Shown here: positions 1-8,307 of the stretch, one piece after another
Layout of the letters: the number at the start of each line of letters is the position of its first letter
Numbering within the stretch: position 1 is the first letter of the stretch
Origin: an uncultured Myxococcales bacterium
GTDB lineage: Bacteria > Myxococcota > Kuafuiibacteriia > Kuafuiibacteriales > Kuafuiibacteriaceae
NCBI GenBank assembly: GCA_964463485.1
Contig: CAYXDO010000049.1
Location: 1,889-65,888, forward strand
Length of the DNA stretch: 64,000 nucleotides
Direction: 5' to 3'
The notes under the pieces: generated by a model
Told to the model about the DNA's origin: nothing
What the model saw: the letters and a program-made list of their open reading frames with translations, nothing else
The model's database searches: none
Position numbers and translations under genes: made by a program

Positions 1-1241
1 ACGGGTTCGACTACGTCGCGATGCTCCACGGCGACGGCCAGTACGCACCCGAGGCGCTTCCCGAGCTCCTCCGACCGTTCTCGTCCGGCGCCGACGCGGT
101 CTTCGGCAGCCGAATGATGATGAAAGGCGCGGCGCTCCAAGGCGGCATGCCGCTGTACAAGTTTCTCGGAAACAAGGTGCTCACTCGCGCCCAAAATCTG
201 ATGCTCCGCACGAACCTGTCCGAGTTTCACAGCGGCTACCGAATCTACCGCGTCTCGACCCTCTCTTCGCTCCCAATTCGTTTGAACGCCAATGATTTCC
301 ACTTCGACACGGAGATCATCATTCAGCTGATCAACGCCGGTGCGCGCATCGTCGAAGTGCCGATCCCGACCTACTATGGCGACGAGATTTGCCGAGTGGA
401 TGGGCTTCGGTACGCCAAGAACGTGTTGCTGGCGACCTTCCGCAACACACTCCATCGGTCAGGGCTGCTGCACCAACGGCGCTTCGACGTGGAGCCGGAT
501 TCGAACGAGCACTATACCCTGAAGCTCGGCTACCCCAGCTCCCACACCTACGCGATCGCTGCGGTCCCGGCTGGAGCAAAGGTCCTCGACCTCGGAGCCG
601 GCCCCGGCGGGCTCGCCAAGCTCCTCGCGAAAAAGGGGTGCAAAATGGCCGTCGTCGACAAAGTCGCGCCCAACGAGCCATCCGCGGACATCGAGGTCTA
701 CCTGCAGGACCTCGAGGAGCAACCCAAATACCCAGTCGCCGAGTATGAGTATATTCTACTCATGGACGTCATCGAGCACCTCGGGTCGCCCGAGCGTTTC
801 CTCGCCGGCCTCCGGGCGGAGTTCGACTACCGGCCCAAACACCTCGTCCTATCCACGCCGAACGTCGCGTTCTTCGTGCAAAGGCTGACTCTGTTGCTCG
901 GACAATTCAACTACGGCAAGGCCGGCATTTTGGATCGAACTCATACACGGTTGTTCACTTTCGGCTCCATCGTTCGGCTGCTCGAGGACGAAGGTTTTCG
1001 GGTCAAGAGCGCCCGCGGAGTACCCGCACCGTTTCCAAAGGTGTTGGGCGACGGTTTGATCGGGCAGTCTGCCGTGGCGATCAACTTGGGTCTGATACGG
1101 ATTTCGAAAACGCTCTTTTCGTATCAGATCTTCATCGAGGCGGACGCCACGCCGGACGTGGACTTCGTCTTGCGAAACACCCAGCAAGCGAGCAAACGCC
1201 GTGCGGCGGAGCGCCCTCGGACCGAGCCGGGCACGGGCTGA
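1..1241 (+). CDS. Bifunctional GT2 glycosyltransferase / class I SAM-dependent methyltransferase (5' truncated by window edge)
   Basis: Frame is open from the window start (GFDYVAMLHGDGQY). It has DPM1-like GT2 motifs (GSR, EFHSGYRIY, FDTEII), then a VLDLGAGPG SAM motif and DVIEHL. Confidence 0.85.
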   Translation, partial: GFDYVAMLHGDGQYAPEALPELLRPFSSGADAVFGSRMMMKGAALQGGMPLYKFLGNKVLTRAQNLMLRTNLSEFHSGYRIYRVSTLSSLPIRLNANDFHFDTEIIIQLINAGARIVEVPIPTYYGDEICRVDGLRYAKNVLLATFRNTLHRSGLLHQRRFDVEPDSNEHYTLKLGYPSSHTYAIAAVPAGAKVLDLGAGPGGLAKLLAKKGCKMAVVDKVAPNEPSADIEVYLQDLEEQPKYPVAEYEYILLMDVIEHLGSPERFLAGLRAEFDYRPKHLVLSTPNVAFFVQRLTLLLGQFNYGKAGILDRTHTRLFTFGSIVRLLEDEGFRVKSARGVPAPFPKVLGDGLIGQSAVAINLGLIRISKTLFSYQIFIEADATPDVDFVLRNTQQASKRRAAERPRTEPGTG

Positions 1242-1340
1242 CGGAAAAAGCGGTCGACTTCGGGCGCGTGCGCGATAGTCTCTTTCTCCCAAAGTTAACG
1301 GATTCCCAAGTCCGTCAACGACAACATGAATCTTGGTCGA

Positions 1341-1370
1341 GTCCTCCTCGAGATCGTCCTCCTCGAGATC
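1341..1370. repeat. 15-bp tandem duplication (gtcctcctcgagatc x2), intergenic
   Basis: Read directly from the sequence. Confidence 0.8.
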
Positions 1371-1516
1371 GTCCAAAACACTCGCTTCCGGTCTTCTGTC
1401 CGCCCGCGGCACCCTGGTGGGCGCGAACGACGGACGCGTCGATCATCGCGAGCTCATCCTCGAAGCCCACCGCGAGACACCCCTTGCCTAGTACAATTTG
1501 TGTATCATCCAACCGA

Positions 1517-3217
1517 ATGCGGCGGACCGCAGACTCGACCGTCCATGCAGGCGAGGCCCTAGATGGCCCTCTTCGCATTTTGCTGATCGCACCTGACGGG
1601 GTGTCCGCCCATCCCATTCAAGGGCGCTCGGAGCTCAAGCTCGGACGCTCCGAGGCCAACGAGCTCCGCGTGGATGACCCCGAGATCTCTCGGGAGCATT
1701 TGGTGCTTCGTTTTGGCACGAGCGTGGGCGTCGAGGATCTCGGGAGCGCAAACGGGACCCGCGTGCGCGGGAAACCGATTCGGGCTGGCGTGCTCGTCGA
1801 GCTCGGGCCCGGCGATCTGGTCGAGGCCGGCTCCACGATCGTCATCCTCCAACGCGCCTCGGCGGCGGTCCCCCTGCGGCGCAGGCTCCTTCCGCACTCC
1901 GCGTTCGAGCATCGCCTCGACGAAGCCTGTTTGCATCGCGGGCGCGACGCTGAATTCACGATCCTCCGGATCCACGTCGAGGCCGGTGGCGTCGAATCGG
2001 TGGAGCGAGCGCTCACCGAACCGATTGGCGCACGCGACCTCATCGCCAGCTACGCGCCAGGTGAGTACGAGTTGATCGCATTCGATTCGGGATCCGGTAA
2101 TCGCGTAGCAGAGGAGATCGAGCAGAGACTCGACGCGGCCAAGATCGAGCATCGAGTCGGCTTGGCCGCGTTTCCACGCGACGGAACGACGCCCGAGGAG
2201 CTGATCGAGAAGGCCTGCGCGGCCCTTCGCGGAGGTAGAAGCGTGGACTCGGAGCCGAGCGACATCATCGTAGAAGCTGAGTCCATGAAGAACCTGTACC
2301 GCCTGATCGATCGAGTCGCCCGCGGGAATATTTCGGTCCTCCTGCTCGGCCAAACCGGCGTCGGGAAGGAGGTTGTGGCCGAGCGACTGCACCTGGCGTC
2401 TCCTCGGAGGGAGCGACCCTTCTTGCGACTCAACTGCGCCGCGCTCTCGGACTCCTTGTTCGAGTCCGAGCTGTTCGGATACGAGAAGGGAGCATTCACC
2501 GGCGCGACGAGTCCGAAAAAGGGACTTCTCGAGAACGCCGACGGGGGAACCGTCTTCCTCGACGAGCTCGGTGAGATGCCAATTCACATTCAGGCCAAGC
2601 TCCTGAGAGTCATCGAGCAGAAGAAGGTAATGAGAGTGGGGGGCCTGGAGGCCCGCGACATCGACGTGCGCTTCGTGTCCGCGACGAACCGCAACTTGGA
2701 GGACGCAGCTTCCGAGGGTGCGTTCCGCTCGGATTTGTATTTCCGGCTGAATGGAGTCACTCTCGACATCCCGCCCTTGGCCGAGCGGCGGGAAGAAATC
2801 GAGGGCCTCGCTCGGTTCTTCGTCGCCAAGGCGTGCAAGGACATGGGGTTCACGAAGGCGCCCACCATCACGCCGCGCGCCTTGGTTCGCCTGCTCGAGT
2901 ATGCGTGGCCGGGGAATATCCGGGAGCTCCGCAACATGATGGAGCGCGCTGTGCTTCTGGCCTCGGACGATCGGATTGATCTCGAGCACCTACCCATCGA
3001 CAAGCTCTCCACTGCTTGGCGCCCTGCGGCGAAGCCTGACCCGCTCGAGCTCGAACCGTTGGAGGACGAACGAGCCAAGATTCAGGCCGCCATCGAACGC
3101 TGTGGCGGCAATCAGAGTCGGGCGGCCGAGCTCCTTGGGTTCTCGCGCCGTACTCTCTCCAAAAAGCTCGACAAACACCAGCTCCCACGACCGTTGAAGG
3201 ACGCCCGACGCCCGTGA
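1517..3217 (+). CDS. FHA-domain sigma-54-dependent transcriptional activator (FHA + AAA+ + Fis-type HTH)
   Basis: FHA motifs (GRS, SREH, DLGSANGT), Walker A GQTGVGKE, ELFGYEKGAFTGA, WPGNIREL and a C-terminal HTH. Start moved from 1268 to ATG 1517 because the upstream part is non-conserved. Confidence 0.92.
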   Translation: MRRTADSTVHAGEALDGPLRILLIAPDGVSAHPIQGRSELKLGRSEANELRVDDPEISREHLVLRFGTSVGVEDLGSANGTRVRGKPIRAGVLVELGPGDLVEAGSTIVILQRASAAVPLRRRLLPHSAFEHRLDEACLHRGRDAEFTILRIHVEAGGVESVERALTEPIGARDLIASYAPGEYELIAFDSGSGNRVAEEIEQRLDAAKIEHRVGLAAFPRDGTTPEELIEKACAALRGGRSVDSEPSDIIVEAESMKNLYRLIDRVARGNISVLLLGQTGVGKEVVAERLHLASPRRERPFLRLNCAALSDSLFESELFGYEKGAFTGATSPKKGLLENADGGTVFLDELGEMPIHIQAKLLRVIEQKKVMRVGGLEARDIDVRFVSATNRNLEDAASEGAFRSDLYFRLNGVTLDIPPLAERREEIEGLARFFVAKACKDMGFTKAPTITPRALVRLLEYAWPGNIRELRNMMERAVLLASDDRIDLEHLPIDKLSTAWRPAAKPDPLELEPLEDERAKIQAAIERCGGNQSRAAELLGFSRRTLSKKLDKHQLPRPLKDARRP

Positions 3218-4836
3218 GCGCTCCGGTCTTTCCTCGCTCGTTTGGGGCCTTCGTGCTTCTCGGACGACTTGGAGGCGGGGCGATGGGGAGCATCTTCGCG
3301 GCCCGACCTCGCGCCCACACTTCGGAGCTACCGCCGCGGCTCGCGATCAAGTGTCTCCGCTCCGAGCTCTCTGGAGATCCTGCGTTCGAGCGCCGCTTTC
3401 GCCATGAAGCCGCCCTGGCGATCGCGATCGATGCTCCCGGCATCGTGAGAATGTTCGAGCTCGGGAAACACGAAGGCGAGTTGTATCTCGCCATGGAGCT
3501 CGTCGAGGGATGGCCGTGCTCCGCGTTGCTCGCGGCGCTGCGCGAGAAGAAAATTAGCCTCCCCGTCGATGTCGCAGTCTCCGTATTCAGGGGCTTGCTC
3601 GAAGGACTCGTGTCGCTCCACGGGGCCTGCGATCCAGACACGCAGGCGCCGCTGTTCGCGGTGCATCGGGACCTTTCGCCGCGCAACTTCCTCATCGGTA
3701 CGCATGGCGAAGTCACCATCGTCGATCTCGGGCTCGGCCGTTCGGAGCTTCAGGACTGGCTCACTCGGACGGGACGGACGATGGGCTCTCCCGGGTACAT
3801 GGCACCCGAGCAGGTGCGTACGTCGCACGTGGACTCACGAGCGGACATTTACGCGGCGGGAGTGACTCTGTTCGAGCTTCTCACTCGCGAGCCGTACATC
3901 GCTCGGGGCAGCTACGCGGAAATGTTGGAGGCCCAGCGAAATCCAAAGCTCCGAGTGCCATCGTCGATTCGCAGCGACGTGCCCAAGGAGATCGACGAGC
4001 TCCTGGCGAGGACACTGGCGCCCAACCCAGATGATAGGTTCGCCTCCGCGCGCGAGGCGCTCGACGCGGCACCTTCAGGGAGCGCGAAGAGCGAGCTTGC
4101 GACCTTCTGCCTCTCGCTCCTTGGCCCGTCACCGGCCTTCGCTGATTTGCAATCCGACGTCGAACCCGAGCCAGAACCCACCCAAGTCTTTGCTCGAAGG
4201 AGTCTCACCGTCGAGACCGCGCCGACCTTGGTAGCCTCCGACCCTCGCGCCGCAACCAAGACGATGTCTGCGCCTGCTCAGGACCCCGCCACGCCGGTGG
4301 TCGACCCCCGGAGCTCTCCGGCTCGCGATCCTGCCTCCGGCGCCGCGAGCTCTCAGCCGCAGGGCGTGCCCGGGAAGAGCTGGGGATCCCTGGCCCTCGT
4401 GGCCGTGGGCAGCGGCGCGGTCGGCTCAGTTCTCACGGCCGTCGTGCTTCTCGCGGCTCGGCCGACGACCAACGCGATCGTGGCCGACCCTCTGGATGAG
4501 TCGCCCACGGTCACCGCCACGCGTCGAGACCCCGCGCCGGGGCGCGGCACAGAGCCTCCACCCCCCTCTATGCCGCGTACTCGGCCCGTTCGCCCTGAAG
4601 CGCCGCGTCGAACCGCGGCTGACGGGCCCTCTACTCCGGCGAACGCCTCAAAGACCGTGGCGGAGCTCGCGCGCGACCTCTCGCAGCGGGCCGAAACGCT
4701 AAAGCGCGAAAGACCAGCGCACGCCGCCGAAATCGACGAGCTCTTGGCGGACATCGCGATGTGGTCGGCGTCCAAGGAGGATCGAGTCCACGCCGAGCTT
4801 GCGCGTATCGGCGACCGATTGTCCCAGCTCGAGTGA
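3214..4836 (+). CDS. Hanks-type Ser/Thr protein kinase with TM segment and C-terminal helical domain
   Basis: LGGGAMG, HRDLSPRN, DLG, GSPGYMAPEQ. GTGA overlap with the upstream stop. Confidence 0.92.
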   Translation: MSAPVFPRSFGAFVLLGRLGGGAMGSIFAARPRAHTSELPPRLAIKCLRSELSGDPAFERRFRHEAALAIAIDAPGIVRMFELGKHEGELYLAMELVEGWPCSALLAALREKKISLPVDVAVSVFRGLLEGLVSLHGACDPDTQAPLFAVHRDLSPRNFLIGTHGEVTIVDLGLGRSELQDWLTRTGRTMGSPGYMAPEQVRTSHVDSRADIYAAGVTLFELLTREPYIARGSYAEMLEAQRNPKLRVPSSIRSDVPKEIDELLARTLAPNPDDRFASAREALDAAPSGSAKSELATFCLSLLGPSPAFADLQSDVEPEPEPTQVFARRSLTVETAPTLVASDPRAATKTMSAPAQDPATPVVDPRSSPARDPASGAASSQPQGVPGKSWGSLALVAVGSGAVGSVLTAVVLLAARPTTNAIVADPLDESPTVTATRRDPAPGRGTEPPPPSMPRTRPVRPEAPRRTAADGPSTPANASKTVAELARDLSQRAETLKRERPAHAAEIDELLADIAMWSASKEDRVHAELARIGDRLSQLE

Positions 4837-4952
4837 GTGCGACATGACGAGAGCGGGAGCGGCACGGACTTCGCCCTCCTTCGCGAACCTGGGTGAGTCT
4901 CGGACTCGTACTTTGCGTCAAGGCCGTACCAACTCAGCCGCAGCGTCTCGGG

Positions 4953-5738
4953 TCATTCCTCGCAGGTTGGACAGCCGATGCCCGGCCTGGCCAGACAGAA
5001 ACACGATCTCGCCGAGCTGAGAATCACCGCGCTCACGATTCCCGTGGTCACGACGACCGCACCCACGCCGATCCAAGGCCATAAGCTTGGGCGCTTTTCA
5101 AGCGCGACGCGGACTTCCTGCGCCGAACCTGCGATGAGTGTCGAGTACACTTCAGCCGACTCGTATCCGGCGGCTCGGGCGACGATCCGAGCTCGACCCG
5201 GCCGCACGAACCTCGACCCACCCACAAACGAGTGAACCTCGACACCGCTCACCTCGACTTCGGCGTCGGAGGGCGTCGTGACCACGACGAGCATCGCGAG
5301 CTTCGAGAAGCCAGCGTCATCGAGCACCCTCGAGAGTCCAGCTTCGATCTCCTCGTCCGCGCGATCTGATGCGAGTCGTCGCGTTACCGAGCCGAGCACC
5401 CGGCGAGCCTTCACGTCGAGAAGCTGCGCGCGAAACAACAGCGGTGACACTCTCCCCTGAAGCACGACGACGAGCCCGTATTTGACGCCGAACCGATCGA
5501 GTCGGGAAGCCAAGCAACCGACATCCGGTCCGCAGTCGAGGATACGAGCCTCGGCCGTCTCCTCGACGAACAGCGCCTCACTCGGAACCACGCTGAGTTG
5601 GGGACGAAATTCAACCGCCCTCGAAAGCGCCAAGAGCACGGCAGACTCCGTGATGGTCGCAGTGTCGACGACGCGCGACACGAGCGCCAGCCGTTCGGTC
5701 GGTGCGCAGGCGAGGAGCGCCAATAGAGTCAGAGTCAA
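4953..5738 (-). CDS. PEGA-domain protein, probable lipoprotein with C-terminal TM anchor
   Basis: LLALLAC lipobox-like start, PEGA-like VVVTTPSDAEVEV...ARAAGYE, hydrophobic C-terminus. Confidence 0.7.
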   Translation of the reverse strand: MTLTLLALLACAPTERLALVSRVVDTATITESAVLLALSRAVEFRPQLSVVPSEALFVEETAEARILDCGPDVGCLASRLDRFGVKYGLVVVLQGRVSPLLFRAQLLDVKARRVLGSVTRRLASDRADEEIEAGLSRVLDDAGFSKLAMLVVVTTPSDAEVEVSGVEVHSFVGGSRFVRPGRARIVARAAGYESAEVYSTLIAGSAQEVRVALEKRPSLWPWIGVGAVVVTTGIVSAVILSSARSCFCLARPGIGCPTCEE

Positions 5739-5745
5739 CCGATCC

Positions 5746-8205
5746 TCACTCGACGCTGAACAGACCCACGACGCCGTGGTCCGAGTGAACCATGTGACTC
5801 TGACCTACCGCCACGATCCCCTTGGGCGGCAATAAGGCGAGGTTCGAGCGCGCTGCGCCTGGCCTGAATACCGTGCCTCGCTCGAACGTCACGATGGGCG
5901 GGTTCGAAGCGAGCGCAGCGGTCGGCGCTTCGTCGCTCCCCCACGCAGAGATGCCAGCGGCCCGCATCGGGTCTTCGGACCAAACTCGGCCGGCCAGCCG
6001 AAAGGCTAGCGTGGCCTCCTGGATGCTCCCAACACCAAGCTCGCGGATGCGCTCGGAGGTCATCACGCTGAGTCGATCCGGACACGACGCCGCGATGGCC
6101 TCGAGCTCCGGGGGACTCGCACGATCTTCGACCGTGAAGCCCGTCGGATCCGTCTTGGACAGCATATCCTCTTCGACCACTGCGCCGTCCGGTCCCAAAT
6201 GGACTCGGGCGAGTGTGCCGGGACCCGACATCCAAACCACCCCGAGCGACGCGGTAGCCGCCGAGTACCCGTGCGCGATTTCTTTCACCACCGGATTTTC
6301 GGGACCTCGAACCTCGAATACGACGCCTGATTTGCTGATCAGTACCGCGCGGTCGGACCCGAGCGCTACTCCCTGGGCAAAACCGGCGACTGGGAGTTCG
6401 AGCGTGCTCACCACGAGGGCGCTGTCGGGATCCACGAAGTGTACTCTCGACCTGTCGCTGGCGGTTTCGACGAGCCAGACGAGCTTCGAGGTGAGGGCGA
6501 GGTCGTAGGTGGCAAGCTCCGGTAGACCCGTGATTGCTGTCTGGTCGGCCCTGAATTGCGAACACTCGGTCGCTCCCGGGAGGGTCGAGTAGGTGACCAT
6601 CGACCGGCCGCCCGTAAATGCAAGTGCCTTTCCTCCCCACGGAGTCATCGCCCTGTAGGTGAGTTTTCCGTCCGATCCGTACACCCGTGCGAACTCTCGG
6701 CCCCCGAGGCTGGCGTAGAGGGCATGAGATTTCGCTTCGAGGACCCTGACGTCGCCGATCGCGACGAGCCGATCGAGAGCCTCTGGCACCTCGGGAAATA
6801 GTCGCTCGAGCCGGCCTCCGAGTCGACGCACCGTCGCGTCGAAATCGATGTCCAAGACGTCTGCGCCATCACGGAGGACGATCCTCAAACCGGTCGGCAA
6901 CGTCGTGATCGAATCACAGGTGGCGCCCGGCGTCGCATCCAAGACGGACAAGGCAAACTCCGGCTCGGGAGTCACTCGGAGCACGAGCGAGCGTTTTTCC
7001 GCCGGGTCGGACCTCGCGCGCGCCGAGCCGCAAGCAACCAGCTCCGCGGGGCCAAGAGAGGCGGCCTCGTCGATGAATTCCAGATCCAACTCGAGCCCCG
7101 AAAACGAGAGCGAGGGTGAGTCGGAACCCGCCAGGCAGCGCCAACCTGAGTCGTCCCGAACGAGCACGTGACCAGACCCCAGCACCGCGAACGCAGCCGA
7201 CGAAGACCGAGTGAGTGCGACCACCGGAGCATTCCCGAGGGTTGGACACTCACTCCCGTCGATGGGTTCCTTCCGACATGACTCGCTCGAGCAGCGGAAA
7301 ATGGCGGGCTCCTTGGCATTCAGCCCCAGTCGTTGGCGTCCGGCGAGCAAGATCGAACCCTCAGCGACCTCCAGGTGCTCGGGCTCGAGGCTAGGAAACT
7401 CCGGAAGCGAGGAGACTCCGGTACTCTCGAGCCGCGAATACCGAATCGTCCCACCCGCCGGAACACTCTCGAACGCCGCGAGCACCGCGCCGCCTTCGAG
7501 CGCGAGCGCACCGAGGACGTCTCCCCGCGCAGGCTCCAAGGCGGTCGCGATGGCTTCGCGATCCGAGCTTGCTTCCAAAAAGAAGCCAGGACCGACCCCA
7601 AAGACCGAACCGGAGCTCGATGCAGTCAAGTGCTGAAACGCCAGCGTGCCCGCGATGGGACAGACGCGCAGGTTCGACTCCGGACCGATTTCTGGAGGAT
7701 TGCATGCGCAGGTGCCAGCCAGACCGATGGAGACCTCCGATCGAACTCTCTTCACGAGCGCGAGGTCCTCAATCTCCGACTCTCCCGACGTGTCGAAGCG
7801 AAAAAGCCTCGCTTCCCCAAACTCGGGGATCGCACAGCGAGAACCTCCCAGCCCGACGAACGGTGCGGTGATGTCAGGTACCAGACAACGTCCGCAGCCC
7901 CTCAAATCCGGATCCGACGTGCGACTCACCTCTATCGAGTCCAAGGCGAGGGGAGCGCCAAAGGGATCCGCGAATTGGTCTCGCCGGAACTCGAAGGTAA
8001 TGGCTCGGTCCCCTACCTCTGACTCCACTCGCAGAGTCGGTCGCTCGGCGATCTTACCTACCTCCTTCAAGACCCCGTCTCCAGACACGACGGCGAAGAC
8101 GACCAGATCCGAGCTCACCACTATCCTCGAGACGTCATCGCCGCACCCGAGGAAGCAGACGAGGGCCGAGGCGCAGACCCACGGCCATCTCATCGAGCCT
8201 GACAT
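5746..8205 (-). CDS. Large hypothetical lipoprotein, probable beta-propeller
   Basis: Lipobox FLGC after ATG 8205, beta-rich repetitive body, several Cys pairs. Co-oriented 7 nt upstream of the PEGA gene. Confidence 0.65.
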   Translation of the reverse strand: MSGSMRWPWVCASALVCFLGCGDDVSRIVVSSDLVVFAVVSGDGVLKEVGKIAERPTLRVESEVGDRAITFEFRRDQFADPFGAPLALDSIEVSRTSDPDLRGCGRCLVPDITAPFVGLGGSRCAIPEFGEARLFRFDTSGESEIEDLALVKRVRSEVSIGLAGTCACNPPEIGPESNLRVCPIAGTLAFQHLTASSSGSVFGVGPGFFLEASSDREAIATALEPARGDVLGALALEGGAVLAAFESVPAGGTIRYSRLESTGVSSLPEFPSLEPEHLEVAEGSILLAGRQRLGLNAKEPAIFRCSSESCRKEPIDGSECPTLGNAPVVALTRSSSAAFAVLGSGHVLVRDDSGWRCLAGSDSPSLSFSGLELDLEFIDEAASLGPAELVACGSARARSDPAEKRSLVLRVTPEPEFALSVLDATPGATCDSITTLPTGLRIVLRDGADVLDIDFDATVRRLGGRLERLFPEVPEALDRLVAIGDVRVLEAKSHALYASLGGREFARVYGSDGKLTYRAMTPWGGKALAFTGGRSMVTYSTLPGATECSQFRADQTAITGLPELATYDLALTSKLVWLVETASDRSRVHFVDPDSALVVSTLELPVAGFAQGVALGSDRAVLISKSGVVFEVRGPENPVVKEIAHGYSAATASLGVVWMSGPGTLARVHLGPDGAVVEEDMLSKTDPTGFTVEDRASPPELEAIAASCPDRLSVMTSERIRELGVGSIQEATLAFRLAGRVWSEDPMRAAGISAWGSDEAPTAALASNPPIVTFERGTVFRPGAARSNLALLPPKGIVAVGQSHMVHSDHGVVGLFSVE

Positions 8206-8307
8206 GGCGCCATCCTGCCTGCGTTTTCTCGGAATGCCCAGCCTGTACGGCGTGCGCATCTTTCCATGCAGCCCGAATCTGGAGCCTCTCGAGCGCCGAG
8301 GAATTGG

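Noticed and set aside
1559-2989. 476-aa minus-strand ORF
   Set aside because: Antisense shadow of the sigma-54 activator, typical of high-GC codon bias, with no motifs.
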